A stretch of DNA of 64,000 bases, from NCBI GenBank assembly GCA_963828735.1, contig CAWHFW010000003.1:1-64000 (forward strand), written 5' to 3'. Below the pieces are notes generated by a model, which worked only from the letters and a program-made list of their open reading frames with translations, did no database searches and had not been told where the DNA came from. The stretch comes from an uncultured Gemmatimonadales bacterium (GTDB lineage Bacteria > Gemmatimonadota > Gemmatimonadetes > Gemmatimonadales > GWC2-71-9). Of the stretch, positions 22,323 through 32,856 are shown piece by piece (the stretch's first letter is position 1; every line of letters starts with the position of its first letter). Both the position numbers and the translations under genes were made by a program.

Positions 22323-22910
22323 CTACCGGTGCGCCCGTCCCATCAACGGCGTCCCCTCCGGCGCTTCATATGCCCGAAGCCGCGCGAGCAGCGCCTTCGG
22401 ATTCGACTCGATCATGATCGTCTTCCGGTGGGCCTCGGTGAGGAACTCCTCTTTCACCGCGTGGTCGAAGAAGCTCGTCAGCGCGTCGAAGTACCCCGCG
22501 ATGTTGAGGATCCCGCACGGCTTCGCGTGAATCCCCACCTGCCCCCAGGTGAGGATCTCGAAGAACCCCTCGAGCGTCCCGATCCCTCCCGGCAACGCGA
22601 TGAACCCGTCGCTCAGATCCGCCATCTGCGACTTCCGCTGGTGCATCGAGGCCACCACGATCAGATCCTGGATGCCGCGGTGCGCCGCCTCCTTCTGGAT
22701 GAGCTGCTGCGGGATGATGCCGGTGACGTGGCCGCCCGCCTCCTGGACGGCGTCGGCGAGCTCGCCCATGATGCCGACGCTCGCGCCGCCGTAGACCAGC
22801 TCGATGCCCTCCGTCGCCAGCAGCGTCCCCAGCTCGCGCGCCGCGGAGCCGTACTCCGGGCGCGAGCCGTTGTTGGTGCCGCAGAAGACGCAGAGCCGGG
22901 TGATGTGCAT
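22323..22910 (-). CDS. LOG-family (TIGR00730) nucleotide phosphoribohydrolase
   Basis: CVFCG, LVYGGASVGIMG, SMHQRK and ALPGGIGTLE motifs. Confidence 0.93.
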   Translation of the reverse strand: MHITRLCVFCGTNNGSRPEYGSAARELGTLLATEGIELVYGGASVGIMGELADAVQEAGGHVTGIIPQQLIQKEAAHRGIQDLIVVASMHQRKSQMADLSDGFIALPGGIGTLEGFFEILTWGQVGIHAKPCGILNIAGYFDALTSFFDHAVKEEFLTEAHRKTIMIESNPKALLARLRAYEAPEGTPLMGRAHR

Positions 22911-23096
22911 GCTGGCAGCCTCGCGGGTCAGGTGGTTCGTGAGGCTTGAAATTAGTCGGGGAGGCGTCTAGCTGTCAGGACATCCCGCGCCGCCAGCAAC
23001 GTGGCGCGGGACTCCCGGTGGATCGATTTCAGTGACACGCCCGCCGCCGCCCGCGCGGCGGCGGGCCCAGCGCCTCTTCAGCGGAGATAGGACGTC

Positions 23097-24092
23097 ATGT
23101 CTTCCCTGCCGCACCGCACCCTCGGCCCCGACAGCCTCAGCGTATCCACCCTCGGGCTCGGATGCATGGGGATGTCCGCGTTCTACAGCGGCCGCGATGA
23201 CGACGAGTCCCTCGCGACCATCCACCGCGCGCTCGATCTCGGGGTGGACTTCCTCGACACCGCCGACATGTACGGGCCGTTCACCAACGAGCTGCTCGTC
23301 GGCCGGGCCATCAAGGGGCGGCGCGACCGGGTGGTGCTGGCGACCAAGTTCGGCCACGAGCATACGGCGGAGGGCCGATACCTCGGCGTGAACGGGCGGC
23401 CCGACTACGTGAAGCGCGCCTGCGACGCGTCGCTCAAGCGGCTCGGCACGAATCACATCGACCTCTACTATCAGCACCGCGTGGACCGCACCGTGCCGAT
23501 CGAGGAGACGGTCGGCGCGATGGGCGACCTGGTCCGCGCCGGCAAGGTGCGTCACCTCGGCCTCTCGGAGGCGGCGCCCGAGACGATCCGCCGGGCAGCG
23601 CGCGAGCACCCGATCGCCGCGCTGCAGACGGAGTATTCCCTCTGGACCCGCGATCCCGAGGACGAGGTGCTGCCGCTCTGCCGCGAGCTCGACATCGGGT
23701 TCGTCGCCTACAGCCCGCTCGGCCGCGGCTTCCTCACCGGCCGGTTCCACTCGATCGACGACCTCGAGGCCGACGACTACCGGCGGTCCTCGCCCCGGTT
23801 TCAGGGCGACAACTTCCAGAAGAACCTCGACCTCGTCGCACACGTCGAGGCGATCGCCCGACGGAAGAAGTGCACGCCGTCCCAGCTCGCGCTCGCGTGG
23901 GTCCTCGCGCAGGGGAACGACATCGTTCCCATCCCGGGCACGAAGCATCGGAAGTACCTGGAGGAGAACCTCCACGCCATCGACGTCGAGCTCGCGCCCT
24001 CGGATCTGGAGCAGATCGAGGAGATCGCCCCCAAAGGGGTGGCGGAGGGGGCGAGGTACAATGAGGCGAGCATGAAGACGGTGAACGGGTAG
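23097..24092 (+). CDS. Aldo/keto reductase
   Basis: [37 protein letters not shown] and PIPGTK. Confidence 0.95.
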   Translation: MSSLPHRTLGPDSLSVSTLGLGCMGMSAFYSGRDDDESLATIHRALDLGVDFLDTADMYGPFTNELLVGRAIKGRRDRVVLATKFGHEHTAEGRYLGVNGRPDYVKRACDASLKRLGTNHIDLYYQHRVDRTVPIEETVGAMGDLVRAGKVRHLGLSEAAPETIRRAAREHPIAALQTEYSLWTRDPEDEVLPLCRELDIGFVAYSPLGRGFLTGRFHSIDDLEADDYRRSSPRFQGDNFQKNLDLVAHVEAIARRKKCTPSQLALAWVLAQGNDIVPIPGTKHRKYLEENLHAIDVELAPSDLEQIEEIAPKGVAEGARYNEASMKTVNG

Positions 24093-24219
24093 GCCGAATT
24101 CCGACTCGAGCCACCGTGATCCAGCTTCCAGCCGAGGTCCGTCGCCGCCGTTAATTGGAGTCCACTCGCCGCCGGACCGCACATCCGGCCTCAGTCACCA
24201 GACCGAGGGGAGGGAGTCC

Positions 24220-24429
24220 ATGCAGCAGGTCCAGGATGGCCAGTGCGGCCTGTGTTCGCACTTCGGTGAGCACCACTTGCGGGATCAGAGCCTGATCCAG
24301 ATCCGGAAGAGCCACACCGCCCCCGAGACCCTCGTGGACGAGTGCGGCCACCCGCGCCACGCATCGCTCAACCTCAAGGTGACGCCGATCAGCGGCTGTG
24401 ATGGCTTCGAGCCAGCCGAGATGATGTAG
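24220..24429 (+). CDS. Small Cys/His-rich hypothetical protein (69 aa)
   Basis: RBS GGGAG; CGLCSHFGE...ECGHP.H...VTPISGCDGF. Confidence 0.7.
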   Translation: MQQVQDGQCGLCSHFGEHHLRDQSLIQIRKSHTAPETLVDECGHPRHASLNLKVTPISGCDGFEPAEMM

Positions 24430-24462
24430 CCAGGCGGCACGCGGTCGGCGCGCGAGTTGGCT

Positions 24463-24527
24463 GGAGTGCAGCGAGGGACCTGCTCCACGGGTATAGAGCC
24501 CGGTGAGCAGGTCCCTCGCTTCGCTCC
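24463..24527. repeat. REP-like palindrome (second family)
   Basis: Perfect 16-bp arms AGCGAGGGACCTGCTC (24470-24485) and GAGCAGGTCCCTCGCT (24505-24520); related to 32698..32730. Confidence 0.7.
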
Positions 24528-24574
24528 CGTCCGAGCCCGCGACGCCCAACCCATACGAATCCGCTACGATCTCC

Positions 24575-24704
24575 GGGCGCAGGCGGCGGGGCGAAGCTCC
24601 CAGAGGGAGCCTCAGGGCGCACTCAAACCCCTGCGCGATCCCCATCACCTGAGCGCCCTGCAGCGACCGGCGGGAGCGTCGTCCCGCCGCCGGAGCCGCG
24701 CACC
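24575..24704 (-). repeat. Structured 3'-UTR repeat, copy 3 (27 nt after YihY-family stop)
   Basis: Same core; compensatory change GCTCCC/GGGAGC in place of GCTCGC/GCGAGC. Confidence 0.9.
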
Positions 24705-24731
24705 GGCGCAACGCCTGGGCACGGCGCCAAG

Positions 24732-25670
24732 TCACCCGCTCGGCGCCGGCGTAAGCGCAGGCGGCGGCGGTCCCTTGGTCGCGTACCTGAGCGGCGGCGG
24801 CTCCCCATGGAACCGCTCGACATAGTAGCGCGTGAACTCGGCGCCGAGCAGCACCACCTGCGATGAGTAGTAGACCCACACGAGCAGCACCACGACCGAT
24901 CCCGCCGCACCGTAGCTCGAGGCGAGCGTGCTGGTCCCCAGGTACAGCCCAATGAGCTGCTTCCCCACGGTGAAGAACCCGGCCGTCACCAGCGCGCCGA
25001 TCCAGACGTCGCGCCAGCGGAGCCGTACGTCGGGCAGGACCTGATAGACCATCGCGAACAACACCGTCACCACACCGAGCGAGACGAGCACATTGCTGGC
25101 CTCCCAGAACGCGGTGAGCGCGGGAAAGAGGCGGCCGAGATAGCGGTTGAACCCCGAGAGCGCCGCGCTCACCAGCAGGCTCACGAGCAGCAGGAAGCCC
25201 ACCCCGACCACCAGTCCGAACGAGATGAGCCGCTGCTTGAGGAACGCGAGGACGCTCACGCCCGGCCGCGGCTGAACCCGCCAGATGGCGTTGAGCGCGG
25301 TCTGCAGTTCGATGAACGCGCCGGTCGCACCGAGAAACGCCGTCACGACTCCCACCACGGTCGCGAGCACGCTCGAGGACGGCTTGGCCGCGCCTTCGAT
25401 CATCGACTGCACCGCCTCGGCCCCCTGGCGGCCGACCAGCCCCTGGATTTGTCCGACGACCTCGCCCCGGACGGCGTCGGGCCCGAACACGAGCCCCGCG
25501 ACCCCGATCGCGATGACCAGGATGGGCGCGAGCGCGAACAGCGTGTAATACGCGAGCGAGGCGCCGAGGCGGGGAACATTGTCGTTCCACCACCCGATGA
25601 ACGCGTGCTTGAGCACCCACCCGAGCGCCCCGGCGGTGATCCTGCCGGGCCTCGACCGTCGCTCACTCAC
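24732..25670 (-). CDS. YihY/virulence factor BrkB family membrane protein
   Basis: DNVPRLGASLAYYTLFALAP, ALNAIW and YGAAGSVVVLLVWVYYSSQVVLLGAEF; GGAGG before GTG 25670. Confidence 0.93.
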   Translation of the reverse strand: MSERRSRPGRITAGALGWVLKHAFIGWWNDNVPRLGASLAYYTLFALAPILVIAIGVAGLVFGPDAVRGEVVGQIQGLVGRQGAEAVQSMIEGAAKPSSSVLATVVGVVTAFLGATGAFIELQTALNAIWRVQPRPGVSVLAFLKQRLISFGLVVGVGFLLLVSLLVSAALSGFNRYLGRLFPALTAFWEASNVLVSLGVVTVLFAMVYQVLPDVRLRWRDVWIGALVTAGFFTVGKQLIGLYLGTSTLASSYGAAGSVVVLLVWVYYSSQVVLLGAEFTRYYVERFHGEPPPLRYATKGPPPPALTPAPSG

Positions 25671-25764
25671 TACAAGGACCTCCGTAGCCAGGGAGCCTCT
25701 GCCGGAGTGCCTCCGCGGCTCCGGGTCCACGCGGGCCGTGCCCTCACGGCTCCGCCACCGTCCC

Positions 25765-27341
25765 TCATCGATGCGCGGGGGACCCGGAGCCCCAAGCCAC
25801 GCCATCGTCAATGCCCGCCAGCGATGCGGGCGTCATGCGGCGAAACCGGAACGGCGCACGCTCAACCGACAGGTAGCGCTCGTCAGGCTGCCGTGCAAGC
25901 GAAGCGCCGAAGTAGGCACGGAGCACGTTGCCGAGGACGTTCACGACAGTGACCGAGTCGCCGAACGACCGCGCTCCACCGCCCGGCAGATAGTAGGCGC
26001 CGAACGCCCCAGCCGCTCACGCGCCGCGAGTGGCGTAACATCGCCGACCCGGCGTGCCCACTTGAACCCGCGAAGTCCGGTGCCGTGGTCGCCCTGGATC
26101 AGGATGACGGGTGGCACGTCCGACTCCCGAATGAGGTGGGTGACTGTGGCCAGGACCATCCGGTTCAGGCATTGCACCTGCTCCACGTACTGGTCCGCCG
26201 CGCGCCGCCCGATCACGTAGCGCGGCGGCAGGTGGCAGTTCCGGTCGAACGCGAACGGCGAATGCGGGCTCAACACGTGAACGAACGCGAAGACCGGTTG
26301 CGCAATCGACGGCAGCCGGCTCACACCCTCGAGCGTGCGGCGGACGAAGTCGCCATCCCACGGGGCGTCGCGGTGGATGTAGTCGAGCAACGAGGCCTGA
26401 ACCAGCGTGCGACGCAGCTCGGTGCGGCCCAGCTCCCGGTCGGGCGAGAACCCGCGCCACACGTGCACCACGGAGTCGGCGATGGGACTCGTCCGCGTCG
26501 AGAACCACCAGGACGAGGGGAAGAAGACGTACCGGTAGCCGCGGGCCTGGAAGAATCGGGCGACGCGGTTCTCCGCGAGCAGCGCATTCGCCACCGACGG
26601 GTCCTTCTCCGACTCTCCGAGCTCGGCCGCGAGCGGCTGGAGGTGCGCGGTGTTCAACATCGACGGCAGCGACAGGATGGTTTGCGCGTAGTTGCTGCCG
26701 ACGGCGGGGACCGTGAACCCAAGCGATCGGAGGCTGTCCACGAAGCGGCTGTTGTCGTAGCCGAGCGCCTCGCGCAGCACGTCGGCATTGGCGTACTCGT
26801 CTAGCACGATGAGGTACACGTCGCGCGCCGGCGATGGCGCCGCGGCAGGCCCCGGGATCGGTCGGTCGAGCTGGTGCGCCAGAGCGCTGGCCGCGAGCTC
26901 GCGGTGCACGCTCAGCTGGTCGAGCGCGATCCCCGCGCCGAAGCGAAGCACGAGCAGCGCGCCGGTGAGCGTGAGGAAGGTCGCGAGTGTGGCGAGCTGT
27001 CGTGGCCGATGGGCCAGCCACCGGAGGAGCGCGACGCTCAGGAGCGCCCCGACCACGCCGAGACCGACGAGCGGAAGGTGATGGTACCCGGCCGGAAGGG
27101 TCGCTCCGAGGGCGGGGAAACCGAATAGCCAGCAGAGCGCCAGGAACGAGACAAACGCCGGCAGCCGATGGTCGGCCGATCGGGGCAACACCGCGCCGGC
27201 CACGAAATACACGCACGCGAGGAGTCCCAGGAGGAACGCGAGGACCACGCCCAGGTCGGCCAGGTCGAAATAGCCCGGGCTGTGCCACCCCTGGTAGAGC
27301 ACGCGCGCCGCGGCCAGCAGGAACGGATACAGGGCCGTCAC
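25765..27341 (-). CDS. Membrane-anchored alkaline-phosphatase-superfamily enzyme (sulfatase-like / LtaS-like); frameshift near 26010
   Basis: TM N-terminus; DVYLIVLDEY, SNYAQTILSL, VHVLSPHSPF and LIQGDHG, then AFGAYYLP...VTVVNVL in the next frame. Paralog of 2194..3795. Confidence 0.85.
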
Positions 27342-28727
27342 GGGCGTGCCCCGGTCGTCATCAGATACAGGAGTCGCTCGGACCCCGCCACCGGCCGCGC
27401 ATCCTCGATCCTGAAGCTGGACCGGAACGCGGCCTCGAAGCCTTCACGCGTATATCGAGGGAAGATGTCGGGGCGCGAGCGGAGCATCCGCTGCACCTGC
27501 GAGTCGCTCTTGGGCACGAACTCGATGACCAGCGTGCGGCCGAGGCGGGCCAGATCGGCGGCGATCCGCTCGAGCGGCAGATTGTGGCCGATGGCGAGAT
27601 GGTGAACCAGGGCCAGCGCCAGGAGTGCGTCCGCCGGGCCGCGCTGCTCCAGCGAAAGGCGCTCGCGATGGGCCCAGCCAAGCGCCGGCGAGGGGTTGGT
27701 GAGGTCCATCCGGAGCGGCAGGATCCCACGCTCCCCTTCCGCCCGCACCCGGCGATAGTTGCGCTCGACTGCCGCCGGGTCGATATCGAACGACACCACA
27801 TGCTCGCGCCTCCGCGCGCGCGGCGCGGCTGTACTCGCCCGTGTTGGCGCCAAGGTCCCACACCGTGCACGCCCCCCGGCCGTGGAGCATGCCGGTCACC
27901 ATCTCGCGCTTGGACGCCGCCGCCTCGGCGGTGTAGTTGTTCTCCGTGGTGTAGTCGGCCCATTCGGTGCCGCCGGGCTGCCACACGAGTCGCTCGATCA
28001 GGCCGCGGAGGCTCCGGACCAGGCCGATCACCGTCTGAGCCGTCACCTGGCGACTCATGGCGGCGGGCGGTGGCGCCTTGTCGCGATAGCGCCGCTGCGC
28101 CGCGGCATGGAGGCGCACGTGGAACAGGAGGCCGAGACTGCCCCAGCTGCGAGCCCCGAGGAGCCGGGCGCCGAGCTCGAGCGGGATACCCTCGAGATGC
28201 GAGCGGAGAAGCTCACCGAGCTCCATGTCCACCCGGCTCATGAGCGCGAGCGGCACCACGAAGTGCTCGCAGAACTGCCGGTACGCGGCCCAGGGCGCGC
28301 CTTCCTTGCGCGGCTCGAAGGACAGCGTGTCGATGAACACCGGACGACCCGCCTGGAACTGGATGTTGTAGGCGCTGGCGTCGCGCAGGGTGATGCCGCG
28401 GACGAGGGCGCGCTCCTGGATGTCGAGCGTCAGGAGTGCTGCGTCGCGCAGCTGGCCGAAGCACCACTCATACGGGTAGGAAATGAACCGGATGGGCTCG
28501 GGCCGGAGCACGGCCGCGGCGTCATCGGTGGCCGCCAGCTCAAGGGAGACAGCCTCGTGGGGCACGAGGAGGCCCTGCCGGGCCAGCTCGTCGTAGAGGC
28601 CCGAGGCGGCGACGGCTTCGAATTCGTCCTGGAAGACCCGGTTGACCTGTCGGTACAAGACGCCCGAGCGGGCGAAGACGAAGCCGCTCGGGTCGCGGAA
28701 CGAGCTGTCTAGCGGGCGCCCGTCCAC
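27338..28727 (-). CDS. NoeA-like kinase-like + class I SAM methyltransferase fusion (frameshift near 27810)
   Basis: SSFRDPSGFVF, FISYPYEW, LRDASAYNIQF and VFIDTLSF; then TEWADY, VWDLGANTGEYS, SFDIDP, LALALVHHL and IEFVPKSD. Confidence 0.85.
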
Positions 28728-28864
28728 CGGCGCCCGCGAGCGATCAGCGACCGGAAAAAGGCCTTTGTGGCCTCACGGGCCCTGCTCATCATGGCGACGG
28801 CCGAAAGCGCTCCAGCGGCAAGCACCTGCAGGATGAGACTGCCGCTGGTCGGATCGATATACAT
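28709..28864 (-). CDS. 51-aa YIDPTSGS microprotein (absent from the ORF track)
   Basis: Hand translation: MYIDPTSGSLILQVLAAGALSAVAMMSRAREATKAFFRSLIARGRRWTGAR*. Overlaps the NoeA-like start; paralog of 7415..7648. Confidence 0.8.
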   Translation of the reverse strand: MYIDPTSGSLILQVLAAGALSAVAMMSRAREATKAFFRSLIARGRRWTGAR

Positions 28865-28903
28865 GCATCCCCCGGGTTGGGAAGGTCACGGACCGGCTAT
28901 GAT

Positions 28904-28932
28904 GACGTAACGGAGCCGTCACGGCTTGTCAA
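28904..28932 (-). promoter_or_regulatory. Possible sigma70 promoter for the microprotein operon
   Basis: Minus strand TTGACA-N17-TACGTC; the spacer holds the palindrome AGCCGT-G-ACGGCT. The -10 match is weak. Confidence 0.3.
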
Positions 28933-29017
28933 CATACGGGGGTTCTGTGGTGGGCGGTGTGGCGTGGGTCACGTCGGATGGTGAGGCGGTCAGACGGGTT
29001 CGGTGAATCGGGCGCTC

Positions 29018-29044
29018 GGGCGCAGCCGGGACCGCGCACCCCGA
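29018..29044 (-). repeat. Core-less shell of the structured 3'-UTR repeat
   Basis: GGGCGCAG-CCGGGACCGCGCACCCCGA matches the joined outer flanks of full copies (GGGCGCAG...CCGGAGCCGCGCACCCCGA); about 21 nt after the aldehyde dehydrogenase stop. Confidence 0.6.
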
Positions 29045-29065
29045 TCGGGGCGCGGCCGCCCTTCG

Positions 29066-30478
29066 CTACTCCGAATCCGAAAGCGTGGCCGCCGGCGCCG
29101 CCGACTCGACCATCCAGACTGTCTTGATGTTCACGAACTCCCGGATCCCCTGCGCGCTCGAGCTCCCGCCCGTACCCGCTCTGCTTCACCCCGCCGAACG
29201 GCACCCGCGGATCCGACGCCACCATCGCGTTGATGAACACCATCCCGGCCTCGATCTCCTCCACGAACCGCTTGCGCTCGCCCGCGTCCGTGGTCCAGGC
29301 GCTCGCGCCGAGCCCGAAAGGCGAATCGTTCGCCAGCCGGATCGCGTCGTCCACGTTTCGCGCGCGGAACAGGATCGCTACCGGGCCGAACACCTCGTCG
29401 TGATACGCCGGCGAGTCCGGCGTGACGTTGGTCAGCACCGTGGGCTCGTACCAGAAGCCGGGCCGGTCGATCCGCTTGCCGCCGGTCAGCAGCCTGCGCC
29501 CCCGCCGCGACCGACCGCTTCACCTGCTCGCCGATCGTCGAGCACCTGGTTCTCGTTCGCGAGCGGCCCGACGTCGGTGGCCGGGTCCATCGGGTCGCCG
29601 ACCTTGAGCGCGCGGAATCCGCTCGACGAAGCGCCGCTCGAACTCGTCGGCGATCGGACTCGTGCACGATGAAGCGCTTGGCCGCGATGCACGACTGCCC
29701 GTTGTTGATCGTGCGCGCCTTGACGGCGGTGCGCACCGCCGCGTCGAGGTCGGCGCTCGGCATCACGACGAACGGATCGCTGCCGCCGAGCTCGAGGACG
29801 CTCTTCTTGATGACCTTGCCCGCGGCGCTGCGCGACGTGGCTCCCGGCGTTCGTGCTGCCCGTCAGCGTCACCGCCGCGACCCGGGGATCCTCGATGACG
29901 CGCTTCACCTGGTCGGTGTCGATGAGCAGCGTCTGGAAGCAGCCCTCGGGAAAGCCGGCGCGGCGGAAGATCTCCTCGATCGCGAGCGCGCACTGCGGCA
30001 CGTTCGACGCGTGCTTGAGCAGGCCCACGTTGCCCGGCCATGAGCGCCGGCGCTGCGAACCGGAAGACCTGCCAGAACGGAAAGTTCCACGGCATGACGG
30101 CGAGGACCGGACCGATCGGCTGGTAGCGAGACCCAGCTGCGGGTCGCGCTGGTCTCGATCGGCCTCGTCGGCCAGGAACCGCTCGGCGTGCTCGGCGTAG
30201 TAGCGGCAGCCCAGCGCGCTCTTGGCGGCCTCCTCGATGGCGGCCTTGAGCGGCTTTCCCATCTCGGTCACCATGAGCCGGCCGAACGCTTCCTTATCGG
30301 CCTCGAGAATGTCGGCGGCCGTGAGCATCAGCCGCTTGCGGTCGGCGAACGACGTGCGGCGATGGCGGCGGTACGCATCCGCGGCGCACTGCAGCCGGGC
30401 CTCGAGCTCGTCGCCCGTGAGCGGCGTGAAGGTCCGGAGCGTTTCCCCCGTGGCGGGGTTGATGGTGGCTATCGTCAT
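29066..30478 (-). CDS. NAD(P)-dependent succinate-semialdehyde dehydrogenase family aldehyde dehydrogenase; multiply frameshifted
   Basis: [56 protein letters not shown] and [13 protein letters not shown]. Confidence 0.92.
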
Positions 30479-30539
30479 GGCGGAAACCTAGCCCGGAGGC
30501 TGGAGCGCCGCGACATGGCCGCAACGGCTATCCTTCATC

Positions 30540-31439
30540 ATGCGCGATACCGCGTTCCGCTCCTTGCTCGAAGGCAGCATCGACTACGCCGGCCTCTTCC
30601 CGCCGGCCGGTCTTCCGATGCCGATCGCCGTCGCTCAGTACGCCGAGTACCGGGCGGGGGCCGATGCCTGGGCGCTCGGAAGATTCGTCGTCCCCGTGAC
30701 CCGACTGGGCGAGCTGGAGACCGCGGCCGCGGGCGCGGCGCCGATCGCGCCGGCCGAGCCGTGGCGCGTGAGCGCGCTCGTCGGGACGGAGGTGGTCAGG
30801 GAGCTCGATGCCCTCGGCGAGTTCAACTGCCGGCACGCCGGCCACGGAGCCGGCGCGCTCGCGGCGGATGTGATCGAGGCCAAGGCCGACTCCGTAGAGG
30901 CCGTGGAGCGTCTGCTCGATGCCACGCCGCGCTGGGCCCAGGCGTACGTGGAGATTCCGCTCGCGAGCGATCCCCGCGCGCTGGTCGCGGCGATCGCCCG
31001 TCGTGGCGGACGGGCCAAGATGCGGACCGGCGGGGTCACGGCGGAGGCCTTCCCCACCGCGGCGCAGGTGCTCCGGTTCCTCCGCGCGTGCACCGAGGCG
31101 CGCGTGCCGTTCAAGGCGACCGCCGGCCTCCATCACCCGCTCCGCGCCGAGTACCGCCTCACCTACGCGCCGGACAGCCCGCGCGGAACGATGTTCGGGT
31201 ACCTGAACGTGTTCCTCACCGCGGTCCTGCTGCGACACGGGCTGTCGGACAAGGACGCCTTGGCGCTCCTCCAGGAGCGCTCCCCCGAGGCGTTCCGCTT
31301 TTCGGCCGACGCGGCCGAATGGCAAGGACACCGGGTGGACCGCTCGACGATCGAGGATGCGCGGCGAGAGGGGATCGTGGCGTTCGGGTCCTGCTCGTTC
31401 ACGGAGCCGGTGGAAGAAGGGCGCGGGATCGGGAGGTGA
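30540..31439 (+). CDS. Conserved hypothetical protein
   Basis: IDYAGLFPPA, KMRTGG, PFKATAGLHHP, MFGYLNV and FGSCSFTEP; full-length ORF divergent from the dehydrogenase. Confidence 0.8.
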   Translation: MRDTAFRSLLEGSIDYAGLFPPAGLPMPIAVAQYAEYRAGADAWALGRFVVPVTRLGELETAAAGAAPIAPAEPWRVSALVGTEVVRELDALGEFNCRHAGHGAGALAADVIEAKADSVEAVERLLDATPRWAQAYVEIPLASDPRALVAAIARRGGRAKMRTGGVTAEAFPTAAQVLRFLRACTEARVPFKATAGLHHPLRAEYRLTYAPDSPRGTMFGYLNVFLTAVLLRHGLSDKDALALLQERSPEAFRFSADAAEWQGHRVDRSTIEDARREGIVAFGSCSFTEPVEEGRGIGR

Positions 31440-31554
31440 GGTGCAGGGGGAACTCATCGGATGATGAGATGATGAGGTGAGCAGGTGGCGGGACGAGGGG
31501 TGACCGCTGCAGGTTCTTGCGCAATGGCGGCCGCCCGCGCCTCCCGACCCGTCG

Positions 31555-32676
<1,122 letters not shown>

Positions 32677-32697
32677 CGGACGCGCGTCCACCCGGGT

Positions 32698-32730
32698 TGT
32701 CATCCCGGGCGAAGCGAGGGATCTTGCTCC
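32698..32730 (+). repeat. REP-like half element (second family)
   Basis: TGTCATCCCGGGCGAAGCGAGGGATCTTGCTCC; resembles the arm at 24463..24485. Confidence 0.55.
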
Positions 32731-32856
32731 GGAATGGCTCGAGCGATGCCACTGCTCACTGACGCCGTAGTCCTGCGTTCGCTCGGGTAGCCGATCAGCG
32801 ATTGCCACTCCCCGCGCACGCGCCGGGTCCGCGCAGCCGCACACCCGGAGCACGCC

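Noticed and set aside
22108..22530. Recurrent peptides GSQRERQGAL / SALQRPARA in many ORF-track entries as a protein family
   Set aside because: They are translations of the DNA repeat in shadow ORFs and appear in several frames.
31460..31480. GATGATGA octamer repeat
   Set aside because: About two units; too short to interpret.
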